Shown: positions 24,078 through 33,843, numbered from the stretch's first letter. The stretch is DNA of 64,000 bases from Nitrososphaerota archaeon (GCA_029785825.1 JAFLYY010000001.1:649374-713373); one strand, 5' to 3'. Numbers and translations: made by a program. The notes: generated from the sequence alone by a model not told the origin.

Positions 24078-27000
24078 ATGTCGGGCGAGGTAGCCTTATC
24101 TGCCGAAAAGCCCGCGGTCGGACAGTTCTCCATGACCGCCCAGTCCCTGGCCACCTCCGCAAGCCTGGCAGCCAAGCTAGCGGGGCTGATGAGGCCGGCC
24201 GGCGAGATCGGGGAGTCTCTGCTCGCCTCCGCCACCTATGACGGCGACACCAGGAAGGCAGTCCTCAAGTTCTATGACCCGAAGGCGGGGAGGTTCTGGC
24301 TCTGGGAGGACAATACGGGACACAGGCCGTACTGCTTCACAAGGCTCCCGATGGAGGAGCTCGGGGCGATCAGGGCACGGAAGGACGTGGTGGCGATAAC
24401 CGAGGAGGACAGGCTCGACCTGGTCAACGACACCACGGCCAGGCTGAGGAAGATTGTCACCACCGACCCCCTGGCGATAGGAGGGGGGAACGACAGCATA
24501 CGGGACCAGATCAGGGCCTGGGAGGCGGACATCAAGTACTACGAAAACTACGCCTACGACCTGGGCCTCAGGATGGGGACCTACTACAGGGCCTCCCAGG
24601 GGAAGGTGGTCGCCGTGAGGCACGAGGTCACCGAGAGGGTCGCCCGGTCGCTCGAAGAGATCCTGAAGAAGAACCCTCCTGAGTTCACCCCCTACCTGAA
24701 GGAGTGGGCGGAGCTCCTCGGGGAGCCGCTTGTCGAGTTCAAGAGGGTGGCCCTCGACATAGAAGTGGACAACGAGCCCGGGAGGCTCCCGGACGTCGAG
24801 AACCCGAACAGGGAGGTCATCGCCGTTTCGTTCTACAGCGAGAGCGAGAAGCAGGTCTACCTGTTGAAGGGAGAGAGGAGCGCGGAGGGGCTGGACGGGG
24901 GACCCTTCGGGTTCCAGCTCTTCGAAAGGGAAGAGGACCTGCTCAGAGCGGTGCTCTCGAAGATCATGGACTACCCCGTCGTGGTCACGTTCAACGGCGA
25001 CGACTTCGACCTCAGGTATCTGCGGCACAGGGCGGAGAAGCTCGGCGTCGGTGAGGACGAGGACCCCATCCAGCTCGAGCGGGTCGCCGCCTCGCTCAAG
25101 CACGGGATTCACGTGGACCTCTATCAGTTCTTCCGCAACAGGTCGATCCAGGTCTACGCTTTCGGCAACAGGTACACCGACCACACCCTCGGGGGGATCT
25201 CGGAGTCGTTAATCGGGAAGTCGAAGCTGGAGTTCGAGGGAGAGGTGGGCGCGCTCCCCCTGCTCAAGCTGGGGGAGTACTGCCTGAACGACTCGCAGCT
25301 CACGTTCGAGCTGACGTCCACGAGCGACTCCCTGGTGATGAAGCTCCTCCTCATGATCTCCAGGATCGGGAAGATGCCGATGAACGACGTCTCGAGGCTG
25401 GGCATCTCGAACTGGATACGGAGCATGCTCTTCTTCGAGCACCGAAGGATAGGCGCGCTGATCCCGAGGCAGGACGAGCTGTCCGAGAAGGGGGGAGCGT
25501 CCTCAAAGTCGGTCATAAAGGGGAAGAAGTACAAGGGGGGGCTGGTCATCGACCCGAAGCCCGGGGTCTACTTCGACGTGTCCGTCCTCGACTTCGCCAG
25601 CCTCTACCCCTCGTTGATGAAGGTGCACAACCTCTCCTACGAGACGGTCAACTGCCCCCACCCCGAGTGCAGGGCCAACAAGATACCGGACACTGATTCT
25701 TGGGAGTGCATCAGGAAGAAGGGGATCACCAGCCTCGTCATAGGGTCTCTCCGGGACCTGAGGGTCGGGCACTACAAGCAGCTCGCGAAGGACTCGACCC
25801 TTTCTAAGCAGGACAGGGAGCTCTACGGGGTGGTCTCGCAGAGCCTCAAGGTGTACCTTAACGGAGCCTACGGGAGCTTCGGGTTCGAGTCATTCGCGTT
25901 CTACTGCCTCCCGGTCGCGGAAGCGACCGCCGCCCTCGGCCGCGACGCCATCACCCGGACCATATCGAAGTGCAAGGAGCTGGGGGTCGACGTCCTTTAC
26001 TCGGACACCGACTCGCTCTTCCTGCACAGCCCTTCGAAAGAGCAGGTGCTGACGATATCCCACTGGGCCGACAAGGACCTCGGGGTCGAGCTGGACCTGG
26101 ACAAGGTCTACAGGTATGTGGCCTTCAGCAGTAGGAAGAAGAACTACTTCGGCGTCCTTCCCGACGGGACGGTGGACATAAAGGGACTGACGGGGAAAAA
26201 ATCCGTCGATGGGGCGACGCCGATGCTGGCCAGGTTCGATGAGCGTGTGCAGCTTGTCACCGTCAGAGACGTCTTCAAGGCATTCAGGGGAGGCAGTGCT
26301 GTCGAAGTCCTGACCGTCGCAGACGGGCTCAACACTGCATGGGCAGGAATCTCCGACGCGACGCGGCACGACGTAGCCGACGTCTACAGGATGGAGACGA
26401 GCAAAGGAAGGGACCTGGTGCTTTCGGGAGACCATAGCGTGTACATAATGGACGCTTTCGGCCACCTCCATTGCAGGGCTACCAGGTCCCTCAAGAGGGG
26501 GGATGTCGTCGTCGGGGTTCAATATGTGCCTCCCCGGAACCCTTCAACGACGCTTCCCGTCCTGCGCTATCTTGTTACGCCCGTCAGAGTGAAGGAAGGG
26601 AGGGCATATTCCGGGAAAGCGCACGCTACATCGTCCACCCCAATCCCCATCGTGCTTCCCATGTGCGAGGAGCTAGCCACATTGCTCGGAATCTATGTGG
26701 CCGAAGGAAACACGAGCAGCGCCCCCGGGTCACGAAACAACTCCATCACCCAGAGCCGGCGCGCCAATCCGGAAGTCTGTTCTGCCATTGAAGCCTCTTG
26801 GAGGGCGCTTTTCCAGGTGCCCGCCAAGGTCTACCGGAGGGATGGAGGCGCCAACTCCTACTACCTGCCGAAGCTGCACGCGGAGCTCCTTGACCGGCTC
26901 TGCGGCGGCTCGAGCTCAACGAAGCACGTCCCGAGCGTTGTCCATGACGCCGACGGGGAATTTGTAGCCGCCTTTCTAAGGGGAGTCTTCTCCGGAGACG

Positions 27001-28055
27001 GCTATGGAGATGGGAAGAGGGTCAATATTGCATCTAAGAGCAGGACTCTTCTCGTTGGGCTGGGCTACCTCCTGGCCAGGTTTGACATTGATACCCGAAT
27101 CAGGGTCATGCGTGTGAAGGGATCGGCTTACCACCAACTCAGTATACTCGGGCCTTCCAGCAGGGGAAGATTCTATGCTCATATCGGTTTCATGCAACCT
27201 CGCTTCAACCGCGGAGTGAAGTTCGGGCCCAGAAACAAAGAGCTGCTTCCTCTGAAGACGGACGGCTTGCTCTCCTTGAAAGGCGAGATCATGCGGCGAA
27301 AGGGACTCGCCAAGATGAGGGGGATCAGTATGCACGACTCTAGGTATTACAACCTGTCCATCCTAGACCGCTACAATTCGGTTCTGCGATCGTTGATGCA
27401 GGTAGCGGACACAGGTGAGAAGGCTCGGCTCGCCAAAATAGCGACGATGCTGAACGTGAAGGACGTCAGTTTCGACGAGATCGTCTCTGTCAAGAAGATT
27501 CCCGGTCGCAAGGCGATGTTCGACTTCTCGATCCCCACGTTCGAGCGGTTCGTAGCTGGCAACCTCCCTACGCTGTTGCACAACAGCCAGACCCCGGAGT
27601 ACCTGAAGCGCGTCTTCTACAAAACCCTGGACATCCTGAGCGGGGTCAAGACCCCCGAGGACTTCGAGCGGGCCCGGACGGACACGAAGGGGCTCCTCAC
27701 GACGATGCTGAACGAGCTCAAGGGGAAGAAGGTCCCCGTCATCGACCTCGCGTTCACTGTCATGATGGGGAAGCCCGCCGACAAGTACAGCGGGACCACC
27801 CCGCAGCACGTCAGGGCCGCGCTGCAGCTCCAGGAGAGGGGGAAGGAGGTCAAGGCGGGGGAGATGATCGCATACGTCAAGACGAAGACCCCCCCTTACG
27901 TCAAGCCCGCCGAGCTCGCTCGGTCCGACGAGATAGACCCCGACAAGTACATCGAGTACGCGCACTCCATGTTCGACCAGCTCCTCGACGCCCTGGACTT
28001 CTCCTTCGACGAGATCATGGGCGCCACGACGCTGGACCTGTTCTGGGGGAGTTAG
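24078..28055 (+). CDS. polB: Family B DNA polymerase containing one intein
   Basis: Exo I DIEVDNE, Exo II VVTFNGDDFDLRYL, motif A VLDFASLYPSL, motif B KVYLNGAYGSFG and motif C LYSDTDSLF are present. The precursor is 1325 aa, or 864 aa without the intein. The start could be a downstream Met. Confidence 0.93.
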   Translation: MSGEVALSAEKPAVGQFSMTAQSLATSASLAAKLAGLMRPAGEIGESLLASATYDGDTRKAVLKFYDPKAGRFWLWEDNTGHRPYCFTRLPMEELGAIRARKDVVAITEEDRLDLVNDTTARLRKIVTTDPLAIGGGNDSIRDQIRAWEADIKYYENYAYDLGLRMGTYYRASQGKVVAVRHEVTERVARSLEEILKKNPPEFTPYLKEWAELLGEPLVEFKRVALDIEVDNEPGRLPDVENPNREVIAVSFYSESEKQVYLLKGERSAEGLDGGPFGFQLFEREEDLLRAVLSKIMDYPVVVTFNGDDFDLRYLRHRAEKLGVGEDEDPIQLERVAASLKHGIHVDLYQFFRNRSIQVYAFGNRYTDHTLGGISESLIGKSKLEFEGEVGALPLLKLGEYCLNDSQLTFELTSTSDSLVMKLLLMISRIGKMPMNDVSRLGISNWIRSMLFFEHRRIGALIPRQDELSEKGGASSKSVIKGKKYKGGLVIDPKPGVYFDVSVLDFASLYPSLMKVHNLSYETVNCPHPECRANKIPDTDSWECIRKKGITSLVIGSLRDLRVGHYKQLAKDSTLSKQDRELYGVVSQSLKVYLNGAYGSFGFESFAFYCLPVAEATAALGRDAITRTISKCKELGVDVLYSDTDSLFLHSPSKEQVLTISHWADKDLGVELDLDKVYRYVAFSSRKKNYFGVLPDGTVDIKGLTGKKSVDGATPMLARFDERVQLVTVRDVFKAFRGGSAVEVLTVADGLNTAWAGISDATRHDVADVYRMETSKGRDLVLSGDHSVYIMDAFGHLHCRATRSLKRGDVVVGVQYVPPRNPSTTLPVLRYLVTPVRVKEGRAYSGKAHATSSTPIPIVLPMCEELATLLGIYVAEGNTSSAPGSRNNSITQSRRANPEVCSAIEASWRALFQVPAKVYRRDGGANSYYLPKLHAELLDRLCGGSSSTKHVPSVVHDADGEFVAAFLRGVFSGDGYGDGKRVNIASKSRTLLVGLGYLLARFDIDTRIRVMRVKGSAYHQLSILGPSSRGRFYAHIGFMQPRFNRGVKFGPRNKELLPLKTDGLLSLKGEIMRRKGLAKMRGISMHDSRYYNLSILDRYNSVLRSLMQVADTGEKARLAKIATMLNVKDVSFDEIVSVKKIPGRKAMFDFSIPTFERFVAGNLPTLLHNSQTPEYLKRVFYKTLDILSGVKTPEDFERARTDTKGLLTTMLNELKGKKVPVIDLAFTVMMGKPADKYSGTTPQHVRAALQLQERGKEVKAGEMIAYVKTKTPPYVKPAELARSDEIDPDKYIEYAHSMFDQLLDALDFSFDEIMGATTLDLFWGS
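26202..27584 (+). mobile_element. Intein (461 aa) with LAGLIDADG homing endonuclease domain inside PolB
   Basis: It starts SVDGATPML (Ser1). Block B is LSGDHSVY. The LAGLIDADG motifs are LLGIYVAEGN and AFLRGVFSGDGY. Blocks F/G are MFDFSIPTFERFVAGN..TLLHN, followed by the +1 Ser. The exteins join as KGLTGKK-SQTPEYLKRV. Confidence 0.85.
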
Positions 28056-28161
28056 CGCCGCGGGGGACGACGGAAGGGAGCCTCGGTCGCGAGCACGCCG
28101 TCCGGTGGCCGCCTTGGCGGGCTCGCACGTTTGAATAGCACCGGCGAAAGGGGCCGGAGAG

Positions 28162-29004
28162 ATGCCCAGAAGGAAGCTGACGATAGGGCTCGTGCAGATG
28201 TCCATGGCGGAAGACAGGGGCTCCAACGTGCAGAAGGCGCTCGCCTACGTCGCCGAGGCGGCGAAGAAGGGGGCCGACGTGGTCTGCCTCCCCGAACTCT
28301 TCTCCATGCGCTACTTCCCTTCTTCCAGGCGGTCGGGGGCAGAACCCGAGCCCATCCCCGGGAAGACGAGCAGGGCGCTGGGGGAGTGCGCCAGGAAGAA
28401 CCAGGTGGTCCTGGTCGGCGGTTCCATCTTCGAGGCCGCAGGCAACTCGAGCTTCAACACCTGCCTCGTCTTCGACCCGACGGGGAAGGTCTCGTCGAAG
28501 TACAGGAAGGTGCACATCCCGCAGGACGAGCACTACTACGAGCAAGACTACTTCGAGCCCGGAAAGAAGTACGCCGTCGCCAAGACCGCGGCCGGGAACC
28601 TCGGGACCCTCATCTGCTTCGACCAGTGGTACCCGGAGCCTGCGAGGGTCGAGAGGCTTATGGGGGCGGAGGTGATCTTCTACCCCACCGCCATAGGGTG
28701 GGTGAAGGGGATAGAGCCGGTCGAGGGGGACTGGAAGGATGCGTGGGAGTCGGTCCAGGTGGGGCACGCCGTGGCAAACAGCGTGGTCGTCTGCGCGGTC
28801 AACAGGGTGGGAAGGGAGGGGGACTCGAACTTCTGGGGCGGCTCCTTCGTCGCCGACCAGTTCGGGAAGGTCCTGCTTAGGGCCGACGACGACGAGGGGG
28901 TGCACACGGTCGACTGCGACTTGGGGCTCGGGAGGGTCGTCGAGGAAGGATGGGGGTTCATGAGAAACAGGAAGCCGTCTTCCTACAGGGCGATAGCGAA
29001 GTAG
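28162..29004 (+). CDS. aguB: Carbon-nitrogen hydrolase, probable N-carbamoylputrescine amidase
   Basis: Nitrilase-superfamily Glu/Lys/Cys contexts are present (CLPELF, YRKVHIP, LICFDQWYPE). It is adjacent to agmatine deiminase. Confidence 0.7.
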   Translation: MPRRKLTIGLVQMSMAEDRGSNVQKALAYVAEAAKKGADVVCLPELFSMRYFPSSRRSGAEPEPIPGKTSRALGECARKNQVVLVGGSIFEAAGNSSFNTCLVFDPTGKVSSKYRKVHIPQDEHYYEQDYFEPGKKYAVAKTAAGNLGTLICFDQWYPEPARVERLMGAEVIFYPTAIGWVKGIEPVEGDWKDAWESVQVGHAVANSVVVCAVNRVGREGDSNFWGGSFVADQFGKVLLRADDDEGVHTVDCDLGLGRVVEEGWGFMRNRKPSSYRAIAK

Positions 29005-29007
29005 GGC

Positions 29008-30063
29008 ATGGAACCGACCCCCGCATCGCTCGGCTTCAGGATGCCCGCCGAGTGGGAGAGGCACGACGCGACCTGGGTCTCTTGGCCCAAGGACCCGAAC
29101 ACCTTCCCGGCGCCTCTTCTCCCGAAGGTCGAGGAGGCCTACGTCAGGATGGTGGAGGCCCTCGGCGCGGCGGAAGAGGTCAGGGTCCTGGTCGACGACA
29201 GGAAGACGGAAGCCCGGGTGGCGGCGATGCTGAAGCACGGAGAGGACGTATCGTTCCACAGGATCAGGACGGTCGACGTCTGGACCAGGGACTACCTGCC
29301 GACATACGTCAGAAGCGAGGGGGTGGCGCTCGTGAAGTGGGACTTCAACGCATGGGGGAGGAAGTACGACGACCTCCTCCCTGACGACGGAGCCGGGACG
29401 AGGGTCGCAGAGTCCACCGGGCTGAAGGTCTTCAGGCCGAGGGTGGTCTTGGAAGGAGGGTCCATAGACTCGGACGGGGAAGGGACGGTGCTCACCACCG
29501 AGCAGTGCCTCCTCAACCCCAACAGGAACCCCACCCTGACGCGACGAGACGTCGAGGAGGTCCTCCGGGGCTACCTCGGGGCGAAGAGGGTGGTCTGGCT
29601 GAGGAGGGGGATAGAAGGGGACGACACGGACGGCCACGTAGACGACATCGCGAGGTTCGTGGGACCGAGGACGGTGGCAGCGGCCGTCGAAGCGAAGGAG
29701 TCCGACCCGAACCACGCCGCCCTTTCGGAGAACCTCTCGGCGCTGAGGGAGGCCAGGGGCGCAGGCGGAAGGGGGTTCGAGGTCGTCGAGATCCCCATGC
29801 CCCCGATGGTGGAGTCGGGGGACGGGAGGCTCCCCGCGAGCCACCTCAACTTCTACGTCGGGAACCGCTCCGTGGTCGTCCCCACCTTCGGAGGGAGGAG
29901 CGACAGGGCCGCCCTGAAGGCGCTGGAGGGCGCGTTCCCTACGAGGGAGGTGGTCGGGATTGACTGCAGGGCGCTAGTCTACGGGCTGGGGACCCTTCAC
30001 TGCGTCACGCAGCAGGCGCCGTCCGCCAAGCTCAGCCCCTCACCTGTGCGACGCGGCCTCTGA
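29008..30063 (+). CDS. aguA: Agmatine deiminase
   Basis: PAEWERHDATWVSWP, DTDGHVDDIARF and the C-terminal GTLHCVTQQ (catalytic Cys context) are present. Confidence 0.82.
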   Translation: MEPTPASLGFRMPAEWERHDATWVSWPKDPNTFPAPLLPKVEEAYVRMVEALGAAEEVRVLVDDRKTEARVAAMLKHGEDVSFHRIRTVDVWTRDYLPTYVRSEGVALVKWDFNAWGRKYDDLLPDDGAGTRVAESTGLKVFRPRVVLEGGSIDSDGEGTVLTTEQCLLNPNRNPTLTRRDVEEVLRGYLGAKRVVWLRRGIEGDDTDGHVDDIARFVGPRTVAAAVEAKESDPNHAALSENLSALREARGAGGRGFEVVEIPMPPMVESGDGRLPASHLNFYVGNRSVVVPTFGGRSDRAALKALEGAFPTREVVGIDCRALVYGLGTLHCVTQQAPSAKLSPSPVRRGL

Positions 30064-31734
30064 CTTCACGGTGGAGACGAAGTCTTCGACCTTCACCCCG
30101 AAGGTCTGCGCCCCGGCCCGGGTCCGTACCGCGACCGTCTTCGAGTCCTCCTCTTTCTTGCCGACCACCAGCATGTACGGGATCTTCTGGAGCTGGGCGT
30201 CCCTGATCTTGGCTCCCATGGTCCCGCTCGAGAAGTCCCCCTCGACCCTGACCCCTCCGGCGGCGAGCGCGCCGAGCACGCCCCGGGCGTACTCCAGGTG
30301 CTCGTCCGAGAGAGGGATGACCCTCGCCTGGACGGGGGAGAGCCAGACGGGGAGCGCGCCCTTGTAGTGCTCAAGCATTATCCCCATGAAGCGCTCGAGG
30401 GACCCCAGGATCGCCCTGTGGATGACCACCGGCGTGTGCTCCTTGCCGTCGGACGCCGTGTAGGCGAGCTTGAACCGCTTCGGCATCTGCAGATCGAACT
30501 GGAATGTCCCGCACTGCCACTCCCTTCCGAGGGAGTCTTTGACGTCCACGTCTATCTTGGGTGAGTAGAAGTTCCCCTCCTTCTCCTTGACTTCGTACTT
30601 CCATCCGCGAGACTCCACGGCACGGGTCAAGGCGCTCGTCGCCCGCTCCCACTCCTCGTCGCTCCCCATGGAGTCGTCGGGCCTCGTCGATATCTTCACC
30701 TTGTACGCGAGCCCGAAGACGCCGTAGACCCTCTCCATGAGGTCGAGGAGCTTTGCCACCTCCCCTTCGGCCTGCTCCTCCGTGCAGATGATGTGTGCGT
30801 CGTCCTGCGATAGGGACTTCACCCTGAAGAGCCCGCTCGCTACGCCGCTCAGCTCGTTCCTGTAGAGGGGGTCGAAGGCCGCGTACCTGACCGGGAGCTC
30901 GCGAAAACTCCATTTCCTCGTCTTGTAAATCAGGAAGTGGGAGGGGCAGTTCATCGGCTTCATCCCCATCTCCTCGTTCCCCAGCGAGGTGAGGAACATG
31001 TTGTCCTTGTAGTGGGCGCTGTGCCCGCTGACCTGCCAGAGCGCGGTGTTCGCGAGCGCCGGGGTGCTCACCTCCTGGTACCCGTCCTTCGCATACTCCT
31101 GCCTGAGGAACCCGACCAGGGCGTCCCTGAGCGCCAGCCCCTTCTGATGGAGGTACACCATCCCGGGGGAGACCTCCTGGAAGCTGAAAAGGTCGAGGCG
31201 TTCTCCGATGACCCTGTGGTCCGACTCCGGGAGGTTCGCGTACTCGCTCCTCTTCAGCCTGGCCATCGCCTCCGCGTCGGTCAGCTCCCTCCTCGCCTTC
31301 AGCTTCGGGGCCTGCGCTGGCCCGCCGTGGCTGTAGCTCCTGGACATCTCAGCCAGCGGGTGGCCTTTGACCTTGACCTGCAGCGCCTTCGTCCAACCGA
31401 AGGGCGCCCTGCTGACCTCCAGTCCCGACTCCTTCGCCGCCTTCTCCATCCCCAGGAGGAGGGAAAGCGCCTCGTCAGGCGGGGCGAGGTCCTGGCTGAG
31501 GTGCGCGAACGGGTACAGCATCAGTCGCTTCGTCCCCAGCTTCGACAGGAACTCCTTCGCTTCGGCCACCGCCTTCCCGGTGAGCGCGGCGTCGTCCCCC
31601 GACTCGAACGCCGTGAACAGCACCACGAGGTCCTCCTCTCTTACGGTCCGGGGGTCGACGTCCTCGGCTCCCTTGATCTCCCTCTTTACCGGGGTGTATT
31701 CTATGAAGTCGACGTGCATCTGCAGGATCTTCAA
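30040..31734 (-). CDS. thrS: Threonyl-tRNA synthetase with N-terminal archaeal editing domain
   Basis: The editing-domain start MKILQMHVDFIEY.. is followed by a class II catalytic core (HRVIGERLDLFSF.., FRVKSLSQDDAHIIC) and a C-terminal anticodon-binding domain. Confidence 0.9.
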   Translation of the reverse strand: MKILQMHVDFIEYTPVKREIKGAEDVDPRTVREEDLVVLFTAFESGDDAALTGKAVAEAKEFLSKLGTKRLMLYPFAHLSQDLAPPDEALSLLLGMEKAAKESGLEVSRAPFGWTKALQVKVKGHPLAEMSRSYSHGGPAQAPKLKARRELTDAEAMARLKRSEYANLPESDHRVIGERLDLFSFQEVSPGMVYLHQKGLALRDALVGFLRQEYAKDGYQEVSTPALANTALWQVSGHSAHYKDNMFLTSLGNEEMGMKPMNCPSHFLIYKTRKWSFRELPVRYAAFDPLYRNELSGVASGLFRVKSLSQDDAHIICTEEQAEGEVAKLLDLMERVYGVFGLAYKVKISTRPDDSMGSDEEWERATSALTRAVESRGWKYEVKEKEGNFYSPKIDVDVKDSLGREWQCGTFQFDLQMPKRFKLAYTASDGKEHTPVVIHRAILGSLERFMGIMLEHYKGALPVWLSPVQARVIPLSDEHLEYARGVLGALAAGGVRVEGDFSSGTMGAKIRDAQLQKIPYMLVVGKKEEDSKTVAVRTRAGAQTFGVKVEDFVSTVKSEAASHR

Positions 31735-31741
31735 GGCGCCG

Positions 31742-31945
31742 CTACCATCTCGAACGCTCGAGGGACCTGGACTTCCTGGTCGCCTTCTTCCAGGCCTTGT
31801 AATGTTCCCTGCAGAGATAGACCCGGTGGCCTTCCCCTCCGGCGGTCAGACCGCTCCCGGCCATGTCTTCCTTGCTCAAGGACCTCTCGGCCTGGTTCTT
31901 GCACCCGGAGACCCTGCAGGCGACTCCCTTGTCGACCCTTCCCAA
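31742..31945 (-). CDS. Small Cys/His-containing basic protein (hypothetical, possible zinc binding)
   Basis: A 67-aa ORF with a TTG start, CRVSGC...YLCREH and an Arg/Lys-rich tail. It lies immediately upstream of thrS. Confidence 0.45.
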   Translation of the reverse strand: MGRVDKGVACRVSGCKNQAERSLSKEDMAGSGLTAGGEGHRVYLCREHYKAWKKATRKSRSLERSRW

Positions 31946-31965
31946 CGGATATCAACCCCGGCTCC

Positions 31966-31983
31966 TTTTAGTTAATATAAAAA
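31966..31983. promoter_or_regulatory. AT-rich divergent promoter region TTTTAGTTAATATAAAAA
   Basis: This is the only AT-rich block between the divergent starts 31945 (-) and 32003 (+). It lies about 20-35 nt from each start, consistent with TATA boxes for short-leader or leaderless mRNAs. Confidence 0.45.
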
Positions 31984-32002
31984 CCGGGCCCACCCCTGCG
32001 AC

Positions 32003-32623
32003 ATGCTTGACAGGATGAGGGGGCGCCTGGGGTCATTGCTCTCCTCCGTGGGGGGGTGGTTCTCGCGGCTCGAGGGGTCCCCCACCGCCTGGACCGGGGT
32101 CGGGCTCGTCCTGTCGCTGCTGGCCGCCTACTCCTATGGCAGCGGCGGGTACAGGGGGGAGGCGCTGGCCGGGGTCCTGGTGCTCGTGTCCGGATGGTTC
32201 GACATCGTCGACGGCGCCGTCGCCCGGGTCACCGGGAGGACGTCCACGCGCGGGGCGTTCCTCGACTCGACCCTCGACAGGGTGGCTGAAGTTGCGCTCT
32301 TCGCAGGGATACTGGTCGGCGGCTACGCGGACCCGGTCTGGGTCCTCCTGGCTCTTTCGTTCAGCCTGCTGGTGAGCTACACCCGGGCGAAGGGGGACGC
32401 CCTGGGGGTGAAGCTGGCGGGGGTCGGGATAGGAGAGAGGAGCGAGAGGCTCCTGATACTCTCGGTCACGTCCCTCCTGGGGGTGGTGCAGTGGGGGGTC
32501 CTGATTGTGCTGGCCGTCGCGCTCTTCACCTTCCTGGAGAGGAGCTTCACAGCCGCCAGGGCCCTCGGCGGGGAGCAGGAACCGAAGGATATTTCTACGC
32601 AACATGCGGCCGCCCCCCCTTAG
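32003..32623 (+). CDS. CDP-alcohol phosphatidyltransferase (archaetidylinositol-phosphate/serine synthase-like)
   Basis: The signature DIVDGAVARVTGRTSTRGAFLDSTLDRVAE (DG..AR...G...D...D) is present with multiple TM helices. Confidence 0.8.
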   Translation: MLDRMRGRLGSLLSSVGGWFSRLEGSPTAWTGVGLVLSLLAAYSYGSGGYRGEALAGVLVLVSGWFDIVDGAVARVTGRTSTRGAFLDSTLDRVAEVALFAGILVGGYADPVWVLLALSFSLLVSYTRAKGDALGVKLAGVGIGERSERLLILSVTSLLGVVQWGVLIVLAVALFTFLERSFTAARALGGEQEPKDISTQHAAAPP

Positions 32624-32626
32624 GAT

Positions 32627-33364
32627 TTGGTCGACAAGCCGGGGAGGCGGAAGAGGCGGGAGGTCCCGTGGGCGAAGATAGTCGCGGTGGCTCTTGTCGT
32701 CCTCATCGCGGGGGCGGTCGCGTGGGAGGTCTACTGGAACTACATCTACGAGGTCCCGCCCGCATACGCCGAGATAGGGACGAGCCAGGGGGACATCTAC
32801 GTCCAGCTCTTCACCAACTGCGCCCCGAAGACCGTGGCGAACTTCGAGAACCTCTCGAGCACAGGGTTCTACGACAACCTCGTGTTCCACAGGATCGTAC
32901 CGGGGTTCGTGATACAGACAGGCGACCCCAACACCAGGGGCGCTGTCAACAGCACCCGCTCGACCTGGGGGCAGGGCGGGTCGCCCCAGACCGTCCCTCT
33001 GGAGGTGTCCAGGTGCCCCACCCTCACCAACGCGGCGGGGTACGTCGCCATGGCCAGGGAAGGGAACACGACCTATGGGTTCAACACCGGGTCCTCGCAG
33101 TTCTACATCGTCCTGGACAACCAGACCCAGCCCACGCTCTCCCAGCTGGACGGGTACTACACCATCTTCGGGAAGGTCGTCTCCGGGATGAACGCGGTCT
33201 GCGCGTTGGCCAACAAGAACACCGACCCCACCTACGGGTCCACGGTCCCCTCGACTTCCTACCTCGTGTCTCAGCCCATCTACCCGCAGCGCGCGATGAT
33301 GTACAACGTGACCATCATACCTGCGTCAGAGGCGCCGGCCTCTGTGCCGATACAGCAGTGCTGA
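32627..33364 (+). CDS. Cyclophilin-type peptidyl-prolyl isomerase with N-terminal membrane anchor
   Basis: GDIYVQLFTNCAPKTVANFENL..FYDNLVFHRIVPGFVIQTGDP is present. The start is TTG and a TM helix (IVAVALVVLIAGAVAW) follows. Confidence 0.85.
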   Translation: MVDKPGRRKRREVPWAKIVAVALVVLIAGAVAWEVYWNYIYEVPPAYAEIGTSQGDIYVQLFTNCAPKTVANFENLSSTGFYDNLVFHRIVPGFVIQTGDPNTRGAVNSTRSTWGQGGSPQTVPLEVSRCPTLTNAAGYVAMAREGNTTYGFNTGSSQFYIVLDNQTQPTLSQLDGYYTIFGKVVSGMNAVCALANKNTDPTYGSTVPSTSYLVSQPIYPQRAMMYNVTIIPASEAPASVPIQQC

Positions 33365-33446
33365 ATGCGGACGGCGCCGCAGCGGGAGAAGCCGTGCGCA
33401 TTGGGCGGGAGCAGCCTTCGCGCCTGACGGACGACCTGGAACGGCC

Positions 33447-33722
33447 CTACCAGGAGCGCCGTTCGCTCTTGGCCCTGACCTTCACGATGCCGTAGTGCAC
33501 AGCGCAGGAGACGCAGTAGTAAGCGACCTGCGTGGGGCTCGCGATGTATGCGCCGGCGGCCCTGAGCTCTCGGGCGAGTGTCGGCTCGACCAGGCTCGTC
33601 CTCTTAGTGACCTTCTTCGCCTTGTCTCGAGGGACGGCGGCTCCGCAGTTGCTGCAGTAGATGAGGTCGCTGTGCCCCTTTCCTCCCTTGGCACGTCCGC
33701 GGCTCTTTCTCTTCTTCGACAA
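33447..33722 (-). CDS. rps26e: 30S ribosomal protein S26e
   Basis: KKRKSRGRAKGGKGHSDLIYCSNCGAAVPRDKAKK...YYCVSCAVH matches the eS26 pattern. The start is TTG. Confidence 0.88.
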   Translation of the reverse strand: MSKKRKSRGRAKGGKGHSDLIYCSNCGAAVPRDKAKKVTKRTSLVEPTLARELRAAGAYIASPTQVAYYCVSCAVHYGIVKVRAKSERRSW

Positions 33723-33843
33723 AGGGAACTTTGCGTCCTCGCCCCGAGTCTCCCTTTAAACATATACCGCGACGCGCAGGCGAGACGGACGGCTGACTGG
33801 GGCGTCGGGGCCGAGAAAACAATCCGTCGCCATCAGGCGAGCC

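Noticed and set aside
28015-29844. Very long alternative-frame or antisense ORFs (for example 28015..29844 -, 33850..35079 -, 22781..23800 -, 44495..45505 -, 52347..53831 -, 12118..12972 +)
   Set aside because: They have Arg/Pro/Gly-rich shadow-ORF composition, typical of high-G+C DNA. Each is fully overlapped by a gene with recognisable family motifs.
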